64,000 nucleotides of DNA from a virus (lineage: Duplodnaviria; Heunggongvirae; Uroviricota; Caudoviricetes), in IMG/VR virus record IMGVR_UViG_3300034157_000063; one strand, 5' to 3'. A program made the position numbers and the translations under genes. Under the pieces are notes generated by a model. It saw nothing but the letters and a program-made list of their open reading frames with translations, did not search any database and was not told the origin of the DNA. Every line of letters begins with the position of its first letter. Position 1 is the stretch's first letter. Positions 53,068 through 62,031 of this stretch are shown here, in pieces.

Positions 53068-53826
53068 ATGAAAATTCCTTTATTATTGCTGCAGATCTGG
53101 CCGTTATTTAAATTTGAAGTTATTCGAGCTTTTAACTTTGTTAAAAGTAATGATGTTGCTAAATTATTTTTGCTTATTTGTATTACAATGAATTCGTCAA
53201 AATTGACATCAGATGTTGTGAATGATTATTTAATTCTAACAGAATTATCAGTAAAAGCTGTATCCTTGGTTTTAAGTTTTTTTGTTTTTGTTGGTATGAT
53301 GATTACGTTGTATTACTTGAGTTTTAATTTAAAGAAAACGATTTATCAAATGCCTAAAAAATATTATATTTTTTTCATTAGTGTCAATTCTATAAAACTA
53401 TTAATGACTTTTTGTACACCTAATAATTTTATAGCCATTATATCTTTTGAGGTTTTTTATATTTTTGTAATGAGTGCGTTTGTTTTTGATTTAAGAAAAA
53501 TAGCTTTACAACAACGTGAAAATTTGCATGTATCTATTTTTAATGTTGTTCATAAGAATACTGGTTTGGTTATAATCGCCTCTACACCAGATAGTTTTTT
53601 TTCTAAGAGAAATAAGATTTTTACTAATTACATGATAGGCTTCAATAAAAACATTAAAACATGGTTAGTATTAGGTGTTTTTATAAAAATGGATAAAGAA
53701 GGTATTTATTTAAAAAATATTTATATGACGTATAGTGAAGTTGTCATGTTTAATAATAGTTTCGATAAAAAAATAATTGATTACACCAAGAATGAATTAG
53801 ATACTGTCATTATGTATTTCATTTGA
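53068..53826 (+). CDS. multi-pass membrane protein with C-terminal MxxI tag
   Basis: Several hydrophobic segments; ends ELDTVIMYFI. Confidence 0.7.
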   Translation: MKIPLLLLQIWPLFKFEVIRAFNFVKSNDVAKLFLLICITMNSSKLTSDVVNDYLILTELSVKAVSLVLSFFVFVGMMITLYYLSFNLKKTIYQMPKKYYIFFISVNSIKLLMTFCTPNNFIAIISFEVFYIFVMSAFVFDLRKIALQQRENLHVSIFNVVHKNTGLVIIASTPDSFFSKRNKIFTNYMIGFNKNIKTWLVLGVFIKMDKEGIYLKNIYMTYSEVVMFNNSFDKKIIDYTKNELDTVIMYFI

Positions 53827-53879
53827 TTGATTTGCTTTTTAATGTTACATTGTAAATATATAAAAACAATAAGAATAAT

Positions 53880-54632
53880 ATGAAACATCTCAAAAAAACA
53901 TTAATATTTACTACTATTTCTATCAGTTTGACCCATGCTGATTATAGAGTTACATTGCCTATTGATAGTCAATACATTCAATTTAAAAATGAAACAATTA
54001 CAGAAAAATGGATTGTTGGTACTCCTATTATCGGTAATTGGGTTGATTCAGGTGATACGTTTGATTGTTCTCTTTTACCAAGTGTTTCCGATCAATCTAT
54101 TGGTGTTTCATTTACTCAAACTAAAACTTGCTCACAAAATCAAGAACAAACCGTTAGAACACCAGAAACTTCATCATTGACGAACGAAATAAGATATGTT
54201 GATACAAAAAATGAACAAGTTAAATCTATTGTGTCTACTCAAAATGCTATTGGTGAACGATACACTAACATCATTAAAGTGGGTTATTATACGTTACCGG
54301 GATGGGATTACAGAGGATATTTAAATCCTAACAATAGTACTTATCCAGAAAGCAATAATTTACATGAGGTTACGCCTAGTTCATTAACACCTAATAAAAT
54401 AGCAGGCTTAGATATGCGTTGGGTTTTGGCATTCAATAATGGTGACCTTCTCTTTGCGACTTCTGACCCTGCTGTAAATAACAATCTTACGGCTTACAGT
54501 GTCACTATGAATGGTGTAACATGTTCATTGAAATGGAAGATGTATAATGGATCATTTTTGACGGGTGAAGGTTGTTTCAATTTGAGTACGGTTGAGGGAC
54601 AAGAAATAAAAATGGACGTTAGATTGAAATGA
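53880..54632 (+). CDS. exported ADY-family protein (one stalk repeat plus tip)
   Basis: THADYRVTLPID; single KTCSQ repeat; GERYTNIIKVGYYTL shared with 40541 and 41602. Confidence 0.85.
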   Translation: MKHLKKTLIFTTISISLTHADYRVTLPIDSQYIQFKNETITEKWIVGTPIIGNWVDSGDTFDCSLLPSVSDQSIGVSFTQTKTCSQNQEQTVRTPETSSLTNEIRYVDTKNEQVKSIVSTQNAIGERYTNIIKVGYYTLPGWDYRGYLNPNNSTYPESNNLHEVTPSSLTPNKIAGLDMRWVLAFNNGDLLFATSDPAVNNNLTAYSVTMNGVTCSLKWKMYNGSFLTGEGCFNLSTVEGQEIKMDVRLK

Positions 54633-54692
54633 TTTTTATTCGCTAATTTTTAACATTGTGGTATACTGTAAAATAAATAATCGGAATAATTA

Positions 54693-55226
54693 ATGAAAAT
54701 AAATTCTTATACAGCCCTCATAGCAGAAGCAGATATGAATACTGTTTATGCAAAAGTAAAACCATTTGTTATAGACGAATCAGATGTAGACCCAGCTCAA
54801 CATAAAAAGCATTCTGTTGTCAGAGTTTTTGATAATGAGACACAAGACTTTACTAATAAAAGCATTTGCACTGACAATTCTATTTTCTTCTTGGTTCAGC
54901 CAACTGAGCGTATTGAGTTTTCTGAAAAAGGCAACCTTCATGTATTTGAACCCTACGAAATGATTGTTGTTTCAGCAGGTGATCAATCAAGATTTAAAAA
55001 ATGGCAATTTGAAAGAGTGGATGATGTTGTTAATTTTAGCAGTAACTTTGAAGCTGTTGAATATGGTCAATATGAAAACGAAAAAAGCAGTATTGACAGC
55101 TTAAAAGAGATGAAAGCGGATCTTTTGAAAACAAAAGTTGAAAGCGAATATTCTTCTGAAAAACAAAAACTTACTGAAAAATCATCCATTTCTATAAAAT
55201 TCCCGTCATTCAAGAAAAATAATTAA
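54693..55226 (+). CDS. orphan protein with Lys-rich tail
   Basis: Ends SIKFPSFKKNN. Confidence 0.7.
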   Translation: MKINSYTALIAEADMNTVYAKVKPFVIDESDVDPAQHKKHSVVRVFDNETQDFTNKSICTDNSIFFLVQPTERIEFSEKGNLHVFEPYEMIVVSAGDQSRFKKWQFERVDDVVNFSSNFEAVEYGQYENEKSSIDSLKEMKADLLKTKVESEYSSEKQKLTEKSSISIKFPSFKKNN

Positions 55227-55378
55227 ATTTTTCAACATCCTCTACACGGCTCTATTTACTGGCATTCTCAATTACCAGTAAATAGAAAGTGTTACTAAAT
55301 GCACATTTTAAAATAATTTTTGTTGACTTCTATATAAGTTGTGGCATTATGTCATCAAATTTTAGAGGATGTCTTAAT

Positions 55379-57031
55379 ATGAAACTGTTTAATGATTTAG
55401 GTATAAAATGGAAGATACAAATTGCATTTCTTGCTGTATCTTTGATTATCATGTCTGCTTTTAGCTATTTTTATTATTCATATGCCGTAAAAAGTGAATT
55501 AGGCAATATGGATAATAAACTAGAGTTTGCTACTAAATATTTTAATGAAATCATTAACGAACCATTTATTGATAGTGTTATTAATCATAATGATATAGAT
55601 GTTAATTTATCTCATCAAAAATCTATGCAATTAACGAAATTTGTTACTGAGTTAGAAATACCTTACTTTTATGCTATATTTATTGATAAAGATGGCAAAT
55701 CAAAATACATCACCTCTAATTTAACGGACAAAGAAATTAGTGATGAGTCTATACATTATACGGCAACACCTTATGATGAACCTGAAACAGAAAAGTTTAT
55801 CAGACAAGTATTAAACACAAACATTCAAGCCACCGAAGAATATAGTTCAAAAACAGGTGATTTTAGAACATTATATGTTCCTAAAAAAACATTGGCTGGT
55901 AACCGATATGTGGTAGCTGCAGATATTAATCTATCTGATGTTCAAGGTGTTAAAGAACGTATTATTATGACCGTAGCTATCATTTTTGCTATTGCTATTA
56001 TATTCATTAACATTGTAGCTTATTTCCTTGGTAGATTAATTACCGCTCCTATCCTTGAAATGGTAAAAGTTTTTGAACAGCTAGGTTCTGGTAATGCTGA
56101 TTTAACTTATAAGATACCTGTGAAATTTAATGATGAAAGCGGTCAAATGGCTCGTAATTTCAATTTGTTCATCGCAACACTTAGAGATATGGTTGATTCG
56201 ATTAAAACGAACACGCATGAGCTTACAACAGGTCTTGTTGACATTAATGGATTGATGAATAAATTGTTGGTAGATTCCCAAGGACAATCAGACAGAGCCA
56301 CGGCTTCTGCAGCAACAATAGAAGAGTTAACTACAAGTATGGGTAGTATTTCATTCAGCACTGACACTACGACTAAATCCGTAGAGAACGTAAATGAATT
56401 GACAAGTGAAAGTTCAAAGTCAGTTAAGTTGTTGAGTTCAGAAGTAGCAGACATCACTACATCAGCTCAGGATCTTTCAGGATTGATCCATAATTTGGAA
56501 GTTAAATCCCTTGATATTTCAAAAATTGTTACTGTTATTCATGGCATTGCTGATCAAACAAACTTATTGGCTCTCAATGCTTCAATTGAAGCTGCACGAG
56601 CAGGTGAACATGGAAGAGGTTTTGCGGTAGTGGCAGAAGAAGTTCGTAACTTGGCTGGTAAAACAGCAGAAGCTACGTTAAATATATCTAAAACTATTAA
56701 AGATATTAGCAATCAGATTGTGAGTGCTACAAAGAAAATGGACGAAACTAACGACAAAGTTGAAAATGGCGTTAAGCTTGCTGGTAATGTGTTAGTTCAG
56801 ATCAGTTCAATTCAAACGGATATGAAGGCAGTCTTTGATAATGTTCAAGTGATCAACTTAGCGACCAAAGAACAGTCTATTGCTACCCAAGACATGGCTC
56901 GATCTGCAGAGGAAGGCAGTAATAGTTCTATTCGTAGTCAAAAAATTGTTGAGCAAACAGAAGAAACAGTTTCAAAACTTCAAGATAAAGCTAACAAGCT
57001 TAATGAATTGGTATCTCAGTTTAATACTTGA
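55379..57031 (+). CDS. methyl-accepting chemotaxis protein
   Basis: TM, periplasmic sensor, TM, HAMP ([11 protein letters not shown]); signalling motif [37 protein letters not shown]. Confidence 0.95.
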   Translation: MKLFNDLGIKWKIQIAFLAVSLIIMSAFSYFYYSYAVKSELGNMDNKLEFATKYFNEIINEPFIDSVINHNDIDVNLSHQKSMQLTKFVTELEIPYFYAIFIDKDGKSKYITSNLTDKEISDESIHYTATPYDEPETEKFIRQVLNTNIQATEEYSSKTGDFRTLYVPKKTLAGNRYVVAADINLSDVQGVKERIIMTVAIIFAIAIIFINIVAYFLGRLITAPILEMVKVFEQLGSGNADLTYKIPVKFNDESGQMARNFNLFIATLRDMVDSIKTNTHELTTGLVDINGLMNKLLVDSQGQSDRATASAATIEELTTSMGSISFSTDTTTKSVENVNELTSESSKSVKLLSSEVADITTSAQDLSGLIHNLEVKSLDISKIVTVIHGIADQTNLLALNASIEAARAGEHGRGFAVVAEEVRNLAGKTAEATLNISKTIKDISNQIVSATKKMDETNDKVENGVKLAGNVLVQISSIQTDMKAVFDNVQVINLATKEQSIATQDMARSAEEGSNSSIRSQKIVEQTEETVSKLQDKANKLNELVSQFNT

Positions 57032-57095
57032 TATTTATTGTTTAATTAGGATATAAAAAAAGGATAACTAGATTATCCTTTTTTATTTTCTTGAT

Positions 57096-57746
57096 TTAAT
57101 TTAAATCATCTTCTACACCAGTTTCATTATCTATTATTGGTACTACTTCGTCTGCTGATTGCACTGATTTAGTAAATTCTTCATCGACTACAGGCGTTTG
57201 TTCAGTCACTTCGTTAATAGGTGCTTCTTGGACAGTTTCTGTATTTTCTTCTACAAAAGGAACGATAGGCGTATCACTTGAAACTGATTCTGGTGATTTT
57301 GAAGCTACGAAGTCATTTGTTAAATCATGAGTAAATTCAGTTAAGCCTTCTATTCTGCTATCAATTGTGTTAATTTGGCAAATTAAGGCTAATCTTTCTA
57401 TGTCAGCATTAGAATTTTGTTTGCTTTCAATAGCTATTTTAAAGTTACATTGAGTTTCTGCATAATTTTTGTAAGCCATTTTTTCATCTTCAAAAGACTT
57501 TTTTAATGTTGCTGTTGAATCTTGGTCTAAATTAATATCATCAATAGATTTATTAAAATAATGTTCAGACTCACTTAGTTTAGCTAAACTTTCTGATAGG
57601 GTGGTTTCAAGGCAGGCTTTTACTTCTATTGCTGATGATTCTTCACAATTGTAGTCTGCAAGCTGGTAACTTCTTAAATCCGTTGCAAATACGGGTGCAG
57701 CACAAGTGGTTATTAATAGGCTTAATGCAATTTTACTTATATTCAT
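57096..57746 (-). CDS. exported LprI/DUF1311-like (lysozyme inhibitor family) protein with acidic tail
   Basis: Signal peptide; four-Cys helical pattern C..EVKACL...Y.ETQC...ICQI....RI..L. Confidence 0.55.
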   Translation of the reverse strand: MNISKIALSLLITTCAAPVFATDLRSYQLADYNCEESSAIEVKACLETTLSESLAKLSESEHYFNKSIDDINLDQDSTATLKKSFEDEKMAYKNYAETQCNFKIAIESKQNSNADIERLALICQINTIDSRIEGLTEFTHDLTNDFVASKSPESVSSDTPIVPFVEENTETVQEAPINEVTEQTPVVDEEFTKSVQSADEVVPIIDNETGVEDDLN

Positions 57747-57978
57747 TCATGTATCTCCTAGGTTGAATTTTTAATCCGTATCTGTTAATATACACTATAT
57801 TTTTTAAAATAAAGAGGTTTATTGAAAATGAAATAAGAAGTATGCTCGCTAGAATGATTAAAAAAAACAGCATCAACATCTTTTTCATGTATTCATGTTG
57901 AATGACAAAAAACCGTTAACTAAGAAGAAAGCTATTGATTTAAAAGATAAAATAAAAGAATAAAATAGAAAAAAGTGC

Positions 57979-58007
57979 TTGACTTCAATGAGTGATTACT
58001 GTAGTAT
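57979..58007 (+). promoter_or_regulatory. sigma70-type promoter of the tRNA cluster
   Basis: TTGACT-N17-TAGTAT with A-rich upstream tract. Confidence 0.75.
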
Positions 58008-58036
58008 TATCAATATTGAAGCAACAAATACTTTAT

Positions 58037-58112
<76 letters not shown>

Positions 58113-58125
58113 GATTAAGATTTAT

Positions 58126-58254
58126 GCTTGTAATAGGCATGTTGATGAAAGAATAATCGTTGCGATATACTAGTCAATCGCAGCTAAGGCTTCCGGGGCT
58201 GAAAGAGTTATTCCAGAGTCAATCTTCGGTTCAATTCCGAATACAAGCAGACCA
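58126..58254 (+). ncRNA. tRNA-like RNA with canonical acceptor and T arms but an enlarged body
   Basis: GCTTGTA/TACAAGC acceptor stem and TTCGG-TTCAATT-CCGAA T-arm; about 90-nt branched interior. Confidence 0.6.
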
Positions 58255-58255
58255 T

Positions 58256-58373
58256 TTGGTTGGGCAAAGATAGCAGTAATCTACCCCAGCGACAGGGCTA
58301 ATACCCTTTACTGTAAAGCCCTTAGATGGGCACGAAAGATATGTGGTTCGTGTTGCAAGACCGTTCCGCACCA
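58256..58373 (+). ncRNA. putative structured RNA ending in a tRNA-like CCA
   Basis: Three consecutive hairpins; ends CACCA-GATTAA exactly as tRNA-Thr does. Confidence 0.4.
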
Positions 58374-58501
58374 GATTAAATAAACACTCAGCAAAGAAAT
58401 TATGCAAGGCTCATGAAGCCTACTCCCGACGAGAGCACAGGATCTGCAAAGACTGCAAAAGCGAGTATAAGCAAACTGGAAGTGTGCATTTAATCATTAT
58501 T

Positions 58502-58575
58502 GCGGAATTGGCATAGTGGCTGTGCTCCAGCCTTCCAAGCTGGCTACACGAGTTCGATCCTCGTATTCCGCTCCA
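58502..58575 (+). tRNA. tRNA-Gly(TCC)
   Basis: GCGGAAT/ATTCCGC acceptor, CCAGC-CTTCCAA-GCTGG anticodon arm, U73, CCA. Confidence 0.95.
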
Positions 58576-58647
58576 AATTTACAACACCTTCGGGTGTTTT
58601 TTTATTTGTTGTTTACAGTGATTTCTAATTATAAAAGAGGACATTCT

Positions 58648-59049
58648 ATGAAACAGATTGTTATTGAGGTTTTAAAAAAAGCGATTAGCCGTTCAGCAAT
58701 TAAGGATGGTAAAAAGACGATTAAAACAGAAAATGAATTGTTGTCTCTCAATACTAAATCTCTTATGAAATTATACAATAACGTTATGAAGGAATATAAT
58801 TTTAATATTGCTGACATATGTGAACAACATGGGAAATCATTAACTGACGATAGTTTTCGTGAGTATATGATTGATAAGTTGTATGATACTTACGAAAAGA
58901 CAGATATTTTGTACGACCCAGAGATTGAAGATGAAATGTATATGGCGGATTATGTCTTAGAGTATCCTGATGGTCAGATTGCTCATATTTATAACCATAA
59001 TATGTTTGATCATAATTTCATTAACTTTAAATCCGGTATGAATGATTAA
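58648..59049 (+). CDS. hypothetical protein
   Basis: GAGGA RBS before ATG 58648; the upstream GTG start lies inside tRNA-Gly. Confidence 0.75.
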   Translation: MKQIVIEVLKKAISRSAIKDGKKTIKTENELLSLNTKSLMKLYNNVMKEYNFNIADICEQHGKSLTDDSFREYMIDKLYDTYEKTDILYDPEIEDEMYMADYVLEYPDGQIAHIYNHNMFDHNFINFKSGMND

Positions 59050-59065
59050 TAACTAAGGGGGTAAA

Positions 59066-59569
59066 ATGGCAGAACTTATTAAAAACCTTAAAATTGATAA
59101 TGTGATTGGCCTATTGAAAAAGCCTGATATTTCTATTGCTTTCGGTAATGTTTCAGGTGAAAATAGCTTAGACATTACTACAGTTGAACAGCTTGAAAAA
59201 TTTCTTGAAGAAAGTTATGATCATGATGCTGAACTTGCATTAGTTGATAAGTCGTTGACTGAACGAGTTTTAACAATATTGACGAATCAAGAATATGTTG
59301 AATCTCTTGATGAATGTGGTGACAATGCGTTTGTGGTTGTTTATCACTTAGGTGATAAAGACTTGATTATCTGGATGGAAACATCAGGCTTTATGACAGG
59401 TTGTGATTTAAAAAGTGAACATGATGTTCTTGATGATTTTGTTGAGGTTCCGCATTTTTACCCAACAAAAGATCTTATAAACGACAAAGAATCCAATTTC
59501 TATCATTATGTGGGTAAGTATCCTAAAATATTGGCCGCGTTGAAAGAAATTTCTATTGAAGAAGAATAA
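59066..59569 (+). CDS. acidic hypothetical protein, paralogue of 59582..60088
   Basis: Shared K.PD....FG.VS, DH.A....VDK, VYH...KDL.I..ET. Confidence 0.8.
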   Translation: MAELIKNLKIDNVIGLLKKPDISIAFGNVSGENSLDITTVEQLEKFLEESYDHDAELALVDKSLTERVLTILTNQEYVESLDECGDNAFVVVYHLGDKDLIIWMETSGFMTGCDLKSEHDVLDDFVEVPHFYPTKDLINDKESNFYHYVGKYPKILAALKEISIEEE

Positions 59570-59581
59570 AGGAAAATAAAT

Positions 59582-60088
59582 ATGTTTCATGAAATTCAAA
59601 ATCCAAAACTAGACAGCTTAGTTCATTGTTTTAAAGTGCCTGATCTGGCAATGGTGTTTGGTGATGTATCCGATGATAACGTAAATGATGTATTCAATCT
59701 TTTTGACTTGGAAGATCTATTTTCAAGACCACAAGATCATGGTGCATTCATTTTCTATGTTGATAAAGACAACACAGAAGACATCTTTAACGAATTGGTT
59801 GATCAAGATTTTATTGAGTCGGTAGCAGAAGCTGGGGAAAATGGTCTGGTGGCTGTCTATCATGGTGAAACAAAGGATTTGGTCATTCTGTTAGAAACTA
59901 ATACTGGCGTTACATCACAGGCGTATTTATCTCAGCATAATGGTTTTGGTCACACATTTCATTATATTGAAGAATTCTTCGTCACTTTAGAAATGTTTAA
60001 TGGTCAAGACAATAGTTTTCTAGAAAGATTGGATGGTAATCAAGAATTGTTTGAACTCTTTCGTAAACTCGATGTCTATAATGACTAG
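59582..60088 (+). CDS. acidic hypothetical protein, tandem paralogue
   Basis: Aligns with the previous gene. Confidence 0.8.
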   Translation: MFHEIQNPKLDSLVHCFKVPDLAMVFGDVSDDNVNDVFNLFDLEDLFSRPQDHGAFIFYVDKDNTEDIFNELVDQDFIESVAEAGENGLVAVYHGETKDLVILLETNTGVTSQAYLSQHNGFGHTFHYIEEFFVTLEMFNGQDNSFLERLDGNQELFELFRKLDVYND

Positions 60089-60094
60089 CAAAGA

Positions 60095-60254
60095 ATTGGC
60101 GTAAGCTGATAGAGCCGGGATTTTTGTCCCCCTGCTCTTTAAAAGAGAACACAGGACTCGCGTAAGCACCCGCATAGGTCAGGCTACAAAGGCCAAGTAT
60201 ATGTTGTTAGGCAGCGACTAGCAGATGGAAGGCCAGATTTTTCTGGCTTTTTTT
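60095..60254 (+). ncRNA. putative structured ncRNA followed by a terminator (strand not certain)
   Basis: GC-rich island; GNRA hairpin ATTGGC-GTAA-GCTGAT; multi-way junction closed by AGCC/GGCT; terminator GGCCAGA-TTTT-TCTGGCT plus T-run. Confidence 0.5.
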
Positions 60255-60344
60255 CTTTTTCAACTATTTACGATCTATTTTAAAAAAGTGTTGCGTTGAA
60301 GGCTATTCTTTGCTATAATTATGAAAATTCAGGAGAACAACTAA

Positions 60345-61838
60345 ATGACTATTACTCGTGTGCAATATCCAGAAATCTGTGTTGAAACGGCCAAAGAAAT
60401 GGCTAAGAACTATTTCGTTCTACACCGTAATGAAGTGGACTTTCTCTCCCGTGGCTTCAAAGCTATCCCTTCTTTGTTTAAATTTGCGTTTATGAAAGAA
60501 ATGGTTGATGGTGCCACAGAACAAAACACTGCAGTTATGGCTAGAATTGACGCTATTCTCGAAGCGTTTGAAACCAATGATATGGCAGGCACTCTTGAAA
60601 CCAACGTGGCTATTCAAGAAGAATTTGGCACCGTAGAAAACTTCCTTAAAGTGGTTGAAGAAGCGAAACAACTAAAACCTGTTTATGCCGATAGATTGAA
60701 CCCTACATTTGACTCACCAGTCGCTTTGCCAGTGGTTGTTATGTTCTCCGGTGAAGACCTTTACAAAAAAGGTAGCAAAGTTCTTTTGAATACTTTCACC
60801 CTTGGTACTGGTTTGGAAACTGATGATGGCATGACTTATCACTTCCAAGGCACTTACCGCGACATGATTACCACTTTGTCTAAGGTTGGTTTCGTTTATG
60901 ATGACGTTAACTGTGCATTGAAGCCGTTCTTTGGTGAAGTTGAAATTACTGTGACTGAACCAGAAGCGGCAGAACTTGCAGAAATGGAAGTTCGCCACGA
61001 GTTGTCTGAATTCATCCGCGTTGATGATGACTGGGGTATGCGTGACTTCATCTATGACAATGACATTGATACCAGTGTGTTGTTTCGTGATGAAAGCCTT
61101 GTCAGCTACTGCATTGAAATGAACAAACAAGCGTGCTTTATTCAGTCTATGGCTAGTTCAAAAGACCTGTTGAATACGCCAAGTGGTGATTTTGATACTG
61201 CTACAAGTCGTGCGATTTTCTCAGTGGCTTATCGTGGTCTTGATTTTAACCGTTTCCTTGGTGTGTTGGTGAAAAATATCAACTTCAAAGGCAAGCCACA
61301 ATCGACCATTGATGAATTTGTTCGTGAAAGCTTCCATGATCTTCGTCAGGAAATGTCTGTTGATGTGTTTAATCTTTACAAAGACAATATTGATCCAAAA
61401 ATGTTGGCCCTTGCTCTTGTTAAACATAACAACGTCTACCGTATGGAAATTCCAGAAATGGCCGAGATTATCGAAAAGGCGTATGTTGATTACAAAGATG
61501 ACATTCTTGCCATTCCGGGTATGGTTTCACACGTTAACTATTACAAAGAGACACCGCGTTTCATTGAGTGCTTGCGTAATGTTCCAACTGTGATGATCGG
61601 TGAACAGAACGTGTTGTTCTACCTTGACCAAATGAAAGTGGCTCAGGAAGCGGTTGTTGAAGCGGTTCGCGGACAAGACAACGTTGTTGACTTGATTGGT
61701 GGTAAGTTGGCAACCAAGGAAGAACATGCACAAGATAAACTTGATGTAATCAATGGTCACATCAGTTATTTTGAACAGTTTGTTGCTCGCCCTGAACCAG
61801 AGCAGGAAGAAGGTAACATCGGTAGCATGATGGCGTAA
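60345..61838 (+). CDS. 497-aa hypothetical protein, higher GC than the orphan genes
   Basis: TTG...TGCTATAAT promoter, AGGAG RBS, frequent CGT/GGT codons as in nadE and tilS. Confidence 0.85.
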   Translation: MTITRVQYPEICVETAKEMAKNYFVLHRNEVDFLSRGFKAIPSLFKFAFMKEMVDGATEQNTAVMARIDAILEAFETNDMAGTLETNVAIQEEFGTVENFLKVVEEAKQLKPVYADRLNPTFDSPVALPVVVMFSGEDLYKKGSKVLLNTFTLGTGLETDDGMTYHFQGTYRDMITTLSKVGFVYDDVNCALKPFFGEVEITVTEPEAAELAEMEVRHELSEFIRVDDDWGMRDFIYDNDIDTSVLFRDESLVSYCIEMNKQACFIQSMASSKDLLNTPSGDFDTATSRAIFSVAYRGLDFNRFLGVLVKNINFKGKPQSTIDEFVRESFHDLRQEMSVDVFNLYKDNIDPKMLALALVKHNNVYRMEIPEMAEIIEKAYVDYKDDILAIPGMVSHVNYYKETPRFIECLRNVPTVMIGEQNVLFYLDQMKVAQEAVVEAVRGQDNVVDLIGGKLATKEEHAQDKLDVINGHISYFEQFVARPEPEQEEGNIGSMMA

Positions 61839-61930
61839 CAAAGCTTGAATGCAAAAGCTTCCTTCTGGAAGCTTCTTGCTTTTGGGGCACTTATTTGATA
61901 TAGTAATGTAATAAAGATAAAGGAGTTAGT

Positions 61931-61978
61931 ATGCACAAATCAAATCATTTGAAGGCTTTTAAAATACTTAGCGTCTAA
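61931..61978 (+). CDS. putative leader peptide MHKSNHLKAFKILSV
   Basis: AAGGAG RBS; stop codon inside the stem TAGCGTCTAA/TTAGACGTTA. Confidence 0.4.
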   Translation: MHKSNHLKAFKILSV

Positions 61979-62031
61979 TTAACTACTTTCGAGGTGTTTT
62001 TTAGACGTTAACCAATTTTAGGAGACGTAAT

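Noticed and set aside
58126-58254. tmRNA or hammerhead ribozyme (TTGATGA...GAAA)
   Set aside because: Too short for tmRNA, with no G3:U70 or tag frame; the hammerhead core CTGANGA is imperfect and its three stems could not be built.
58516-58647. N-terminal extension of ORF 58516..59049
   Set aside because: It starts inside tRNA-Gly and crosses its terminator; an RBS supports ATG 58648.
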